Assembly: GCF_009834535.1 (NCBI RefSeq)
Contig: NC_045696.1
Coordinates: 30,382,001-30,446,000, forward strand
DNA length: 64,000 nt
Reading direction: 5' to 3'
DNA from: Camelus ferus
Taxonomy: Eukaryota
This document shows, piece by piece, positions 40,570-54,024 of the stretch (positions within the stretch are counted from its first letter, which is position 1; every line of letters starts with the position of its first letter). The notes under the pieces are model-generated. The model ran no database searches. It saw only the letters and a list, made by a program, of their open reading frames with translations, and was not told the origin of the DNA. The position numbers and the translations under genes are program-made.

Positions 40570-40790
40570 TAAACTTTCTGTGAAGCAAGAAGACCTGGTA
40601 TTATTTCTCCCATTATAGATATGAAAAATCTGACCCTAAGAAAATTATGCAATTTGCATAAACTCAGGTGAGGGTAAGAGGTCAGTCTAGAACTCAGGCC
40701 TCTGGCTCCCATCCGGCATACTTTTCAAAACTGTGCATTAATTTAATTCATTCTTTAGTGAGCTATATATTTGAGTACCTACTACGTGTC
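40570..40790 (-). mobile_element. MIR and L2-tail fragments
   Basis: ctgtgaagcaag...cccattatagatatgaaaa...ctagaactcaggcctctggctcc; tttgagtacctactacgtgtca. Confidence 0.6.
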
Positions 40791-41346
40791 AAAAAGGGCT
40801 ATTCTGCTAAAAATGACAGAAAAGTTCATAAAAATGTTTAGAAAAGACTTGATGACTGATCACCTATATTCTAATAGGCTTCTGAGACTTAGAATAGATT
40901 TAAGGCAGAAATTTATGTTTGACTTGTCTAAATGAGGTCTTTGTTCACCTTGAGAAGTGAAAAATGTAAACACAATTCTCAGATATTTTGTGACTGAAAT
41001 CTATGTTTGTTCAAATAATGTTTATATTGCTATTTCTTGGGGATTCAAATACTAGAAACTCTCTAATACATTAAAATGAGTTGAACTATTAATCTCCAAA
41101 ATATCCTTCCTTATTTACTTCTCTTCCTTTGCCAATTGTATTTCTAACAAATACTACATAAAATCACTGGTGTAATTTTCATGAATAAAAAGAATTTAGG
41201 AATATATTTCTTAATCTCAGAAAAGACGGTAAGTAGAAGAAACTGAAAAATCTATAACAACCTTTACAATTCCACTTCATACATGCAAAAATAGAAATAT
41301 GGATACATTTATACAAAATTCTGTTTCAGAAGTTTGGTGCACTTAC

Positions 41347-41462
41347 GTTTAAACCAGAACAGTAAACAATATGCTGACCCTTTAGTTGAATTCCAACTAA
41401 AGGAGTCTTTTTGAGTGGTTTCTCCCTCTACCTGGTCCCTAGAAACTGAATCCGGTAAATCA
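41347..41462 (-). pseudogene. Candidate exon (116 bp, phase 2-1, open frame)
   Basis: Acceptor (t)n-aatcaag| and donor AAC|gtaagt; stop-free DLPDSVSRDQVEGETTQKDSFSWNSTKGSAYCLLFWFK; the other two frames are closed. Confidence 0.4.
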
Positions 41463-43639
41463 CTTGATTAAAAAAAAAATCAGCTTTATCGTATTTCCTA
41501 CTCTGTCTTTTGGTATTCACAATAAATAATTAGTGCTACATTATTTAAGTAGCTGATGTTAACACCACCCTAAAAGTTAATTACTTGTCTTAGTGCAGAC
41601 AGCAGATGACTATGAGAGAAGTTTCAAAACACTTTAAATATCTCAATTACAATGTTCACTGCACTATACTGCAACTATTTTTGATCTGAATGATCCAAAT
41701 ACATTCTCTAAACTTTGTTAATTTAATCTTGCCAAATCCACTGAAAAACAATCAAAATAAGATGCATTTTTATTCTCTGAAATGAGTCCACAACATTGCA
41801 TTTTATATATCAATCTATATTCGTGCTTCCCTAGAGGCAAAAACAGCTCATCTTCATGATCTTGAAGCATATTTATGCTTCATTGTTTTGTATCCAATTA
41901 AAATGTGTTATAGATTTCACAAGGAGTTGATTTGTTTCATGCTTGTATTTGTAAAAAAAAAAAAATGTGTTTAATCTTTCCATAATGCTTAATTGGAGGA
42001 AGTTCCTTAAAGAAAATAGTCTAAAAGAAGAGTTTGCATGGTGGAATTACCATTACTGAGGTTCAGAAGAGAATGAGATACTGTGTTGAGACATATGGAG
42101 GAAGAAAATTCTCAAATTAAAAAACATTAGATATGTACTGTGCCCCAAAATTAATTTAATTTTTCCAGCACATTGAAAATATCTCTGGTCACCAGAGTTT
42201 TCAAAGAGTTACCAGTTGAACTTTTTTACATTGTGATAAACAGCATGACTGATAAGTATACTGGAGAATTAATGATATTGCTAACAAAAAGGAAGTGGTC
42301 AATTATAGGAATATAAATAATTTCTACATTTATTTTCTTAGATAACTTGGACAAAACTATGAACACTTTGCTATATGATCGTTATCATCATCAACTAAAT
42401 ATCATAGACATCATACTTGTGGCATCCATGTGAATAAGGAAATGGCAATATAATTCTAACCAAAGCATCTTCAGTTGGTTAGCTATGTCACTGCAGTCAG
42501 TTTAAATGGACATTTCTAATATTGGGGGGAAAAAAAGAGGAAAGAATCTTGATTCCAGTAAAAAAGAAAAAAGTACAAGTACAATAACTGCTTCTAAGTA
42601 AATAATATTTTTAAAAAAATGATTAGAGTAAATCTTGAACTTTATTACAGTCCTATAATTTTTACACAAATTTCCTCTTTTGTTCTGCATTAACAATTAC
42701 TTTGTCATTATTTTACCAAGGAAAATATACAGTGATTTAAAAATTCAAATAGTATTTATGAGCACTCATCCATTTTATCCATCCTCCTCTTTATTTCCAC
42801 TCCCTAGAGGGAAAGATTGTCAACTGTTTTAGTTATTTCTTGTGATTCTTGGCTTCATGATTGTAAATTGTTTCAATATTATTTTCTGACATCACCTTAC
42901 CAGTATAGGCATGTCATACTATTCAGTTTTGTCAATATTCTCCTTTTACTTATTTGGGGCTGTATAAACTTTTTTTCAGTGTTGTCCCAGGTGGTGTACT
43001 ATGACAACATTTTTATTCTGTACAGTTTTTTCCTTAATTACTTCGTTTTCATTTTTTCCTAATTTTATATTGCTATTTATAATACTTCTAAACTTTCTAT
43101 TGGAATACAATTAACTATATGATGAAGCATGTCAGGTGATATATCAGTTCCAATTAATTGTCTTTTCTGGATTTGGTCCTCTTGGCCCCTCCATTCTTGT
43201 GCCCCTACTGGTATCCTACCTAGTTCTCTAGCCAGCAACACAACCGACTCTTCTTATTTGTATTCTTCTTTGAATCAGTTTTTTTCCTTCATTTTGCTAG
43301 AATGTGGCTTCCAGGAAAGTATTGATAGTGATTTGTATAAATGGAACATTTCTGAAACATTTAAGCTCAAAAACATTCTTACTTAACCATTATTTTTAGT
43401 TGAGGTTTTTATGAATCCCAGTTGAAAATTACCTTTAGAATTTTAAAGGTACTGTGCCTTTGTCTTATTCCTTCTGGTGGTTTTATTGGGAAATCAAATG
43501 CCATGTTAATACAAGTTTTCATCTGCGTTTGTCTTTTTTACCCCTCTTTTCTGGCATCTTCACTCTTCAGAGGTTTGAAAAATATGTTTTGAGAGATAAT
43601 GCTCTATAAATATTTTCACATTTCTATATTATCATGGCT

Positions 43640-44098
43640 TACTGAGCAAAGATTACTGACAACTTAGGTAAAAATTAGGCTTGAAGGGCAAATGTGCATT
43701 GGACATTAGAGATTGTCTTTTTCTCTGGGAAGCAGGGGGATTTAATGTCTTCTCTTTCCTGAACCCATTTCTTCAGATTACAAAGAAATGAGGAAAACGT
43801 AGAGATTTTCTCCTCTTCCTGAGCAGAAGTCCCTTCCCCGAGAAGTGAGAAGGGCAGATATATCATCCTCTCTATATAGCTACAAGAATTTGGAAGTTCC
43901 TCCTTGTGGTACAAACCCTACAACCCATGCAGGTTAAAGTGGCCCCTGTCCTAACTCTTTGGGAAATCGGGGTGTGGGGAACTGCTGTTACGATACTATT
44001 CTGTTGTAATTACCATGAGTAATAAACGTTTTGATCTCACATCTGGAGATCTGTACACAGACTGACATAAAATCTAGACCTTCCTAATTTGATTTACA
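43640..44098 (+). mobile_element. Solo LTR, MER21/MER77-like group
   Basis: gttcctccttgtggtacaaaccc...gggaaatcggggtgtggggaactg...atgagtaataaacg...taaaatctagaccttc...ttaca; embedded in decayed T-rich L1M-like sequence. Confidence 0.6.
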
Positions 44099-45265
44099 GC
44101 AAAACACTCAATGTGAGTGATTTGTTCATCGTATGTTCCAGATATCCTCGATCTAGAAATCCTTTCCCTCCAGTCTACGATACTTACTTATATTAGCTTT
44201 CAGTGGTTCTCTTTCCCCCATTGTCTCTGTTCTCTCCTTCTGGGGTTTGTATTAGTTGTATATTAAACTAGACTACAGTTTTTTTGTTTTTCTTTCCAAT
44301 TTGGCATACCTCTTCTGCCGTTTTTGTTGCTGTTGGTGTTAAAATTTCTGCACTGTTACTTACAATTAATATTCTTTGTTATATAAAACATAAGGTTTTT
44401 ATTTTTGACTCATTTTAATTTCAAAAATATTATTTCCTGTCCTCTTTTTATATAGCTAATTGTTGTTTCATGGATAAACTATCTCCCTATTTGAATATAT
44501 TATATCCTCAGGGATTATCTCTACCTTTTTATCTGAGGATTTTTCTTCCTTTCCAATTTGTTTCTTAACTCTCATAATCTTTCCTCAAATCTGCAATGAT
44601 TTCTGAATGTCCATTCATATGAAATTCTGAGGCAGTACATAGCACAGTTGATTATTTGCTTTCTGAGAATGTGAGCATGGACTGGGAACATGCCATTTGT
44701 TAGTATTTCCATGAAGGGCTCCCCAAATGTTAGTATGCCTTAGGTTTTTTTGTTTGTTTGTTTTATTTTTGTTTTTGTTTTTTTCCTCTAGGGCCATTCT
44801 GTTTCTGACTGGAGTGAGGTAATGGAAGAGAGTGAATGCTTACACCTGACTACCACTGTTCTATAACTGGACAGTCCAAGAGAAGTTAGAGATTTTAATT
44901 TTTCAATATAAAGATTTTCATTTAGTCCTGCTCTGTCAGTGCCTGTCTTTTCCCTGGGCTCCTCTGTGATGGAGGTTCCTGAGTCTGAACCTTTCTAGTA
45001 GAGTTTCTTCATAGAGTAAATCTGGCAAAAAGAGTAAGCACTCAATTAGCTCCATATTTAGAAGACATCATGGGATTTAACTCCCTTACACAGCCTTTCT
45101 AACATCCTCTGTTTCAGTCATATTTCCATTCTATCCTTTCTAGTTATCAGGCACATAAAAAGCCTGGGGATTAGGGAGCTTCTATAAAGAGACTAAAGTT
45201 GCCCCTTATTAGAATTCATTTGTTCTGGTTTGGTGTTCAGATTTCTTTCCCCTGCTGATTTCTTT

Positions 45266-45385
45266 CTTTTTTTTTTTTTTTTTTTAACATTTTTTGATTT
45301 ATAATCATTTTAAAATATTGTGTCAAATTCCAGTGTAGAGCACAATTTTTCAGTTATACATGAACATACATATATATATATTCAT
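45266..45385 (-). mobile_element. Very short (~120 bp) young L1 3' end with intact TSD
   Basis: Poly-T plus reverse complement of the same 3' tail seen at 32760-32850; perfect TSD tgatttcttt at 45256-45265 and 45386-45395. Confidence 0.92.
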
Positions 45386-45744
45386 TGATTTCTTTATAGC
45401 ATTATCATCCCCCCAAATATTACTTATCTATCCTTGCATCCTCTCACACTTATTTGGCATGGGGGAAGTTGGATATTTTTTCTCTTAATTTGAGTATCAT
45501 GAGGGTATAGATAAAAATATTTATTCAATTAAATATGTTAATTTGGAAATTCAAATTTATTTTTTGGTTCAAATTAAACAAATATATTTTTGTCTACTAC
45601 TATTCTGGGTTCTATATTAAGCTTTATTTTTAATCTCAGTGTTTATTTTAGTCTCTTATTTGTCAGATCCTAAACAATAGATATGAATTTGATTATAAAT
45701 ATAGGTAAACAAAATCTGATTGCCTGATAATCTGAATAGTCTTT

Positions 45745-46270
45745 TTGTGCATCTGCTCAACAAATATTCACTGACTGCTTGAACTATGTGAGTTAATAAA
45801 AAGGCAAGGCTTTCTACTCTCAGTAAGATTACATTCCAATGGGGAAGACAGGCATTAAACAATAAGCCATAGTATAATTTAACTTTAAACTATATAATAT
45901 GTTAGCTAGTGATGCATTCTATTGAAAAATAAAATGTAGAAAAGGAAAAAGTTTGAGAAATTCTAGACAGGGTGAGAGAGGAGCAAGTTGAAGTATTAAT
46001 TGATGGTCTTCATAAGCCTTAATTTAGAAGTTAGTATCTGAGCAAGACCTGAGGGGATAATAAAGCAAATCAAATGGCTATTTGGTAGATGAGGGAACGT
46101 CTAAACAAAGATGTCAAAGCAGGAGTATACCTCCCAACTAACATGTTTAAGAAATAATCAGGAGGCTTGTGGTTGGAGCAGGATATAGCAAATAGTGCTA
46201 TAATTTTCAGCATGACCTGGGGCATTGTGTATCTATCAATGGATTTTGAATTTTATAAACTGAAGGCTTC
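45745..46270 (-). mobile_element. L2 LINE fragment
   Basis: ctcaacaaatattcactgactgct...attacattccaatggggaagacagg...tctgagcaagacctga...gtggttggagcagga. Confidence 0.75.
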
Positions 46271-46441
46271 AGTAGTTCATTGTTCTAGGGAAGCTGACTT
46301 TTCATTTATTCTTTTATTGAATACTGAATGGAACTGGATATTCCTATAAATATCAAAGTTGTACTTGGGTTAATTTTTCTGGATTTTTGCCCCCGAGAAT
46401 ATAGCATTGTTTCCTCCCAAGCCTGCTTAGCATGAACACAC

Positions 46442-46542
46442 CTTTTTCTTGGCAACTTAGATTAATTTCTAGTTTGAGTTTCTGTATTTTGTGCTGTAAA
46501 TGATGACTATCTCTCATTTTTAATTTGTATCTGAAATGTCTG
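46442..46542 (-). pseudogene. Weak candidate exon (101 bp)
   Basis: Acceptor ctttttaatttgtag| and donor AAG|gtgtgt; phase 0-2 fits the chain but that frame has two stops (another frame is open). Confidence 0.2.
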
Positions 46543-48699
46543 CTACAAATTAAAAAGCCATTGAATGAGTAAAATATTTCCATAAATTTTAAGGGAAGAA
46601 ATTATGATCTGACGCAAAATATCCAGTTTTCACCAAGAAAACTAAAGATCTATTGAAAAATGAAAACAAGTTTGAAATAAGCAATAAATAAACTAAAGTA
46701 AACAAACCACTGTAAAAATATAATATAACGAATATTTATGTTACTTTGCAAACAAAGAAGGAATAACAATATTGGTTTGGTGAAGGAGGGATGTGAGAGA
46801 AACATTCTTTGGAAGCTGATAGAGAATTAGATGATCAATTTTCAGGCCCTCAACCTTTTTGACTTAAAGCTGATGGAGGTCTTATATTCAAACTGCACTT
46901 AGACATAAACATATAATGCCAAAACATTTTTAAGGAAGAGTTGTGTAGGGTGGGAAAAGACTAAACACAAGAGGACTTCAAAATATATGGAAATAGAACA
47001 TGGGTATACCAGATTGAAGTTGCATAGGAGATGCTACCTCACTTTCTGGGATTAGGCACACAAAGGAAGCTAATCTGAGTCCATATAAATATCATGTTCA
47101 TTTCAGTTTATTATTTATGATATTCTTTGACTAGAAACAATTGAATCAAATAAGGTACTGAATAAGTATATTTACTTGAAACTGTCAGGTCCAAAATACC
47201 ACCTTTTGTAACATAATTATTTAGTAAAATTGAAAGCAAAAGAAGAAATCACTTTGTGGAAACTATGTTTTCAAGTGCTCTTTTGGCAAAAACTTCATAA
47301 GCAAACCATCTTTAAGTGAATAAGATGCTTTAAACACTGAATTGACTCAGTAGATACTTCAGGCTGGATCTTCAAACATGTCACTCATCTTCCACACAAA
47401 ATGAATTTAAAATCCAGTGAGAGCAAATGGATCTTTATCTAAAATCAATTAGGGAATCAAAGGCTCAGATACCATTCTCCTAAACTGTTTTTATTTTCAC
47501 AAATTATCATCATCACTGATTTTATCAATCATTAACTTCCCAGCTAAATATATCCTCAAATCTAGTTTGTCTTTAATAAAGAGGAAAATTAATTATTTTT
47601 ATTTTTGACTTTTGATGGTAGCAATGTAAGAAATTTTCAAGTCACATGTTTAAAACAAAAGAAACTGTGTTAATAAAAGTCAAAATGCATTTTTTTCTGA
47701 TAAACTTGAGCCTATTTGGATAAGTCATGACTATAAAAGTATAAATCTTAGCACCAGCTCTGATTTCAGTTTTCCTCCTTCATATGCGTAAGCGCAATCA
47801 AATTAAGTGCTATTTAAGAACAATCTTACTAATAGATATGCAGTATTTATTTGCACAGGTATGTGCACATGTCTGAATGTGTATAGATGCTAAATATCTC
47901 CTGTTATTCTTTTTCCTATCTTTTCCTGGGATGGAAGTCTCATGGATGATCAAACGGTATCAGTTAAAATGGCCTCACTTAGTGGACCTGGTAAAGGACT
48001 TTAGGTCTTCTGTTTCTTTGTTTCTAGATATTAGAATTGGTTAGTTTCTCTTCATTCTGGTGACCTGACAAAACCCTGTGCATAGAGGGCACTAAGGACC
48101 TATTGGAGATTTTTTCCAGCATCCCATTTGAGAAACTCCCTGCTGTTAATATCACTCAAGAGAAAACCTTATTATTATTCCTCTTTCCAATCATAATCAT
48201 GTGACATTTGACATTCCAAGGGATAATGTTTCTATTACCACTTACTGTTTTATGACTGATAGATGTTTATATTAAAATTTCTTAGAATTTTCATTAGTAA
48301 CAAAATAAAATAGAAAACAGAGTGAGTATATCTAATAAGGTGTGTTGTTGCTTCCTATGATTATTTTGTCCTTTTACAATATCTTACATGGTTTGCTTCT
48401 GGAATAACTGTGGAGCCTAGTTCTCAATTAAGCTTATGGTCCTCTGGTCCTGATTTGTATATAACTGTTCAATTTAAATATAAGTTGAGTTTACTGTGTT
48501 TCTAGTGAGACAAGGGTGTTTTAACATCTAAAATGTCCTACATGCATTTAAGGGAGAACCATGATTTCTCACCACAGCAAAGGTTCTATCCCCCAAACAA
48601 ACTCAAGAGCTAATTATAACATTAGAGTTCATTAATATTGATAATTATCTTAGGAAATGTGTACAGTTTTCTTGAAAACTTTCAGTGAATCTGGGTCCC

Positions 48700-48890
48700 C
48701 ATTAAAGAGACAGATTGCCTGGCCTCAAACTCAGGTTCTAGCCTTCCTAGCTTGGCAAGTTGGAAAGATTTCAGTTCCTTTCTAAAAAATGTGGTAATAG
48801 TGCCTATTGCATAGCAATGTTTAAGGTTAAATAACATAATAATTGGAAAGTGCTTAAACTAGCATAGGGATAGAACAATGGGTAGTTGTT
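48700..48890 (+). mobile_element. MIR SINE
   Basis: cagattgcctggcctcaaactcaggttct...ttcagttcctttctaaaaaatgtggtaatagtgcct...aaagtgctta. Confidence 0.7.
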
Positions 48891-49126
48891 TTCCTTGTCA
48901 TTGCTGCTGCTGCTGATTTTGCTGTCACCTTTAGAAAGCTTCAGCTAGTCGGAAGGCTTTCCTTTCCATCAAAACAGTCTTACATTTCGTAAATTCCTTC
49001 TCCTTCCAATATGGTATTTCCTAGTATTGGTTTTGCTTGATAAAGATAGTCAAAATGATGCTTTCCACTAAGGGTAAGACATATTTTAAGGCTCTAGAAA
49101 TTTTTATAATTTTAGGAGGTTAAAGG

Positions 49127-49220
49127 TTACGATAACCATATAATTTATTGTCCTAACTAGGACACTTTTAAAAGTGAAAAGGATTGTTATTAATTACAGG
49201 AACCACAGCCAGAATATATG
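49127..49220. mobile_element. MER81-like hAT MITE
   Basis: taaccatataatttattgtcctaactaggacactttt.aaagtgaaa matches the recalled MER81 start. Confidence 0.65.
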
Positions 49221-50758
49221 ATTTTATTTCATGTGTGTTAATGCATATTTTTGAAAAATATGAAACACGTTTTGGGAAATGCTCACCCTCAAAGTAGCTG
49301 TTAGGCTAGTCCTTATAAAAGGCTATCAAATGAAAGAAGCATGTGTTCCTGTGCTAAAATGTGTCCCATTACACGGACAGTATGATCTGGGAAACATGCA
49401 TTGCATTCTGTCCCGTTGTAGATGAGGAAGTTACAGCTGCAGTGCAGATAAACACACCCAAAGCCATTGCTAATGTTGGAGCCAGGGTCCAATCACCCAC
49501 CTCTTTCAGTTACATCATGATGCATCAAACATGTTGACAGGAGCAAAAATGCAGATCAAATAAATGAAGAGAAGACTCCATATTTCACACTAATCATTTG
49601 TTATCGAAGGTGGGGGACAGAAATGTCTCAGGAGATGAGGGTTAAACCAAAACTCTGCCACTATTTTTCAGTTTCTTTGGGAAGAGCAAGTCACAGAGTA
49701 GTTTTAAAATAGACAAGCAAGTAAATTAATAGGTGACTCCAGCCTGGAGAAGTAGTATGAATTGGGAACAGGGTTTTAAAGGAGCAGTTGGGTTTAATCT
49801 ACAGAAAATACTTCATTCATATGTAAGTTTGTGTATGTAAGTTTTTATTTTGTAAATACTTATTTTTATGTTACTCCATGTTATACCAAAATATTTGTTG
49901 ATATGACAGTATTTCTATTTTAGGCATGATTATATTTTGATTTATTATTAAAGGACAGAAGGAAATTACCCAGATGAAATAGAATCACTTTGCAGGTTTA
50001 AACCATCAACTAGAATGCTATGAAGACCATTTCTAATTTCTCTGAAGCTTTCTGAAGTGGTACTACTCTAGGTCCTCAGATTTGAGGAGGTGATAGGGGT
50101 AAGATTTTATGGTAAGGAGAGCATATGAACATGTAACTTTTCTATACATGAGAAACCTTCTCTTGACACAATTTCAACATGAAGTTATTGTTACTAGATG
50201 TAACAAATGTCAACTGCACAATACTCACAGGACTTTACAATTTAGATATAAAAGTGGAAAATAATATTTAATGAATTTAAATATGGAATAATAGATAATC
50301 ACCTACAGACAAATCTGCAGAAGCAAGTCTGTCTCTTTTTCTTGCTAGAAATATGCACATATATTGATTTTATACCTATAAATGATTGATCAATATCTAT
50401 TCCCATTTTTTAAAATAATGGGAAAAGAACCATTTCACATGCTGAAAAGTGGGTGCCACAGTCTTTTTTCCCCCACATTCCTTGTTTCTAATTATGTTGG
50501 AAAAGTTTTCCCTGGGTTTATAAGATTTATGAGAATTTTGTAAAGCAGACTACATTAAGTATATTGATGTATTTTATTAAGATATCTCAATATGTTGATA
50601 TTTATATTTTAGGAAAAACAAAAACAAACAAAAATTCAACAAAATAAGAGTGGGGAAAACTAGATATCCAACATGGTTGTGTTCCTTCTCCTGTAGCCAA
50701 ATTAGAGATGTGTAAGGATGCTGTGCAAAATGATTCACTGGGAGTTACTTATGCTCAC

Positions 50759-50846
50759 CACGCACTGAGCTACACGATTGTCCTGCTTTCTCTGGGAGTC
50801 GTCTCTCCAAACGTAGCTGGGTAAGCATCTGGGAACAACAAGTAGG
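50759..50846 (-). pseudogene. Candidate exon (88 bp, CpG-retaining); overlaps an alternative plus-strand candidate at 50697-50820
   Basis: Acceptor ttgctgttttttag| and donor GTG|gtgagc; phase 2-0 frame open (LLVVPRCLPSYVWRDDSQRKQDNRVAQCV); four CpGs in ~60 bp. Confidence 0.3.
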
Positions 50847-51312
50847 CTAAAAAACAGCAATTTGTGTAGTGAGGTCCAGGGAAAACATCTCAGCAAATAG
50901 GCTCTCAAGTAGTTTAGAATATTGCAAGTATCTGCCTTTTCTACTTAATCAGACCACTACAGTTTTCAAGAGATTGAGTCAAATGTACCTAACTTAAGTC
51001 ACATTAATTCTTCTAGTGTGTAATATTGCTAAACATAAATTAGAATGGCATAAACACAAAATTCCACATGTTCATGTAAAACTTTTTTTCCCCTTCAAGT
51101 AATTGCTGTGTAAGCTATAAGTGTGATAACAATATCAAAATATTTTTGAAACTGGTCTTTGGAGATTTTTTTTTATTTTCCTTTTGTTTAAGTTTTTTTG
51201 AAAGAAAAAATTTTTTACCAGAACCTACCAGCTACTAGAGTTTATTTTTTACCACCAGCTCTTTGTATTTGAAAGGTAATGTTCACTTTCTGAAATACCT
51301 AAGAGTGCTTAC

Positions 51313-51429
51313 CAAAATCTACAGGTCCTATTCCAATTTAAAAACAGTGTCTTTAAACTTATGAGACGGTTTACTAGTGTGGGTCAGAAATCCTCCCTGC
51401 TGTTCATTGTAAATGATTGTTGAAAATCT
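51313..51429 (-). pseudogene. Candidate exon (117 bp, symmetric, one TGA in the phase 2 frame)
   Basis: Acceptor atcacttctctag| and donor TTG|gtaagc; DFQQSFTMNSREDF*PTLVNRLISLKTLFLNWNRTCRF. Confidence 0.4.
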
Positions 51430-54024
51430 CTAGAGAAGTGATATTAAGTAATCCAAGACAAAAAAGGCAAATTATTACTTAGTGCTATAGATTTTTTACA
51501 GCTATATGAAAGTTCCATGCAAATGATTTTTAAAATAAGCTCATTAAGTATACAAAGGTAAACTCACATGTAATCAAAAATGATTAAAATACTTAACGAT
51601 AGTGTAATGATAACCTGGAAATTACCTCAGAAATTTTATTAGGTTCTAACTTTGAAACAGCATGTACAAATTTTCCTATTAAGAAAAAAAAGAAAGAAAT
51701 ATTTATAGGTTATCATGGACTTATTAATGACATTGAAAATTAAAAACAATCTAAATGTCCAGAAGTAGAGGATGGCAGATTTTCAGTCATTAAAATGCTT
51801 ATGAAATGTATACATACTATTAGAAATTGTTATAATCATTGTAAAAATCAGGATATAAACCGAATGTATAGTATAAGTGTAACAATTATTTATGCTAGAG
51901 TGGAGAGACACAGTAACAGCTATTTCTGTCCCGGCAAAGAGAGGAGATTGCCAGTGACTTTCATTCTTTTTTTTATTTATACACTTCTTATGATACATTA
52001 TTAACAACAAGCATGCCTTCCTTGTATACCCAGGGGTAAGGGACTGCAGCTGTGATCTACTAAATTTTTAAAAGGAGATAAATAAGAGGGTCAGGGCACA
52101 GATACTGACTCCAGGAGTTCAGAACCTTGTTCTGGTAAACAATTTGTGAATAATGCCGTGGATTGTTTGAGAAATATAACTCAGTAGACATGGTCTTCCT
52201 GTCAAAGCTCCTGGAAATTTTGCAAGGGTTTAAAACAGTCTTTAACTCCCTTAGTGCATCTCTGTCTCACCTAATTTTCCCCTTACCTGCCCAAGCCCAC
52301 CACTTTGGCTGCTTACAAAGACAGCCCACTGTTCATTGCTTTTCTTCTTGACAAAACTCACTTCACTTAGTACTACAGTAAGTTAATTTGCAAAACAGTC
52401 AATATTTTTATGTGAAGTAAATAATTACTACTAAGTGATAATAAGTGACAGTTTTAAACGTCTGGGATGTGTTTGCTTATTTAAAGAGAAACTTATTATT
52501 TCTGGCCCAGATAATCTTTTATTGAATCTGGGTAATTTCCTGTGTCCCTGAAAGTCCTCTCTATCTACTTTTCTTTTGTGCTATTAAAATTCATTTTTGA
52601 AAGCTAAGGACAGCTGAGTCAAGCCGTCTAATTCATAAGGGTCTTTTTTCACACACATCTCTTCTTAATGAAATCTATACATTTTCTTATTTCCAGAGTT
52701 TTTACCCAGAAATTCTTCTTTATAGCAACAGTTAAAGGAACAAATATTTCCCTCCTTTCAGTTAAAAACTGATTTACTTATTTATCTTTGAAAGTTACAT
52801 CTATTGAGTTATGATTTACCTATGGTAAAATTCACTATTGTTTGACTTCTTCTTCTGGCCAAGATAGAGTGAGTAACAGGAACCACCTTTACCTTCTGCA
52901 TGAAGCAACTTAAAATTTGGAAAATTTTAGGGAACTGAATTTTGGATACTGTTTTTCATGCAGTGTGGGGCTCTAAACCGTGATGGAGGCTAAAACAAAT
53001 AAAATGAGTGCTGTGATTATCCCAGAAACTGGAGAGAATTCCAGGTCACAGCACAGGGAGGGGAAAGCCAGGAGGAACCTGTCGGGATTTATGTGTTGAG
53101 GGAATAGAACTGAAAAATTCAGGAAGGACACACAGATAAGTTTGTAAGACAGTGAACCAAAGAGTAGTGTAAAAATGAGTTCAAGAGATCTGCAAGCATC
53201 CTCTCCAAGTATTCAGCTGAATAGTAACACCACATGTAGGTAAGGACATGACCCAGTGCTGGGGAAATAAGCACCCAAAAGCAGCAGATAGAATCACCTG
53301 GCTCACGCGGGACCAGGAACAGTTCATGCTCACCATTCTTATAATTCACAACACACTGTACAGACTACTTAGACGTATTGCCTAAGTCATAGGGCGAGCT
53401 GAACCCTAGACTAAAGTTATTCTGATCCAGTCTAACAAAACTATAAAAGGAAGCTTCAAAGATATCAAACCCAGTTGCATTCCAGAACAAAGCTCAAAGG
53501 GATGTATAGCAATATAAAAATACTCAATACCCAACAAGGTTAAAAATTACAATATCTGATAGCCAGTCAAAAATTACTGGGTATGAAGAGAAGCAGGATT
53601 TATCACCCATAATGAAGACAAAAACAAACAACAGACACAGACCCAGAGGACGCATATAAAAGAATCAGCAGATGAGAGCATTAAAATAGTTAATACAATT
53701 ACATTCCATATAAGAAGGTGAAAAAGGTTTGAGTTGATTAAGTGCAAACACTTACATTATATAGCCACATATATATTATATCAAAGATATATAACATAAT
53801 AAGTATGATATACTAATAAACCAGATTTAAAATTTAATAAAATATCTGATATAAAATATACTATATACAAAATATAACTAACAACATAATAGCCACTGGG
53901 AAAAAAAACAGATCAATGAACATAAAAATGCAGAAATAGAAACTTTTAAATAAAAATTCAAAAAAATAAGACTTGAAAAAACAGAGCAAGAGTGTATTAT
54001 GAGATAACTTCAAGCATCTTAGTA

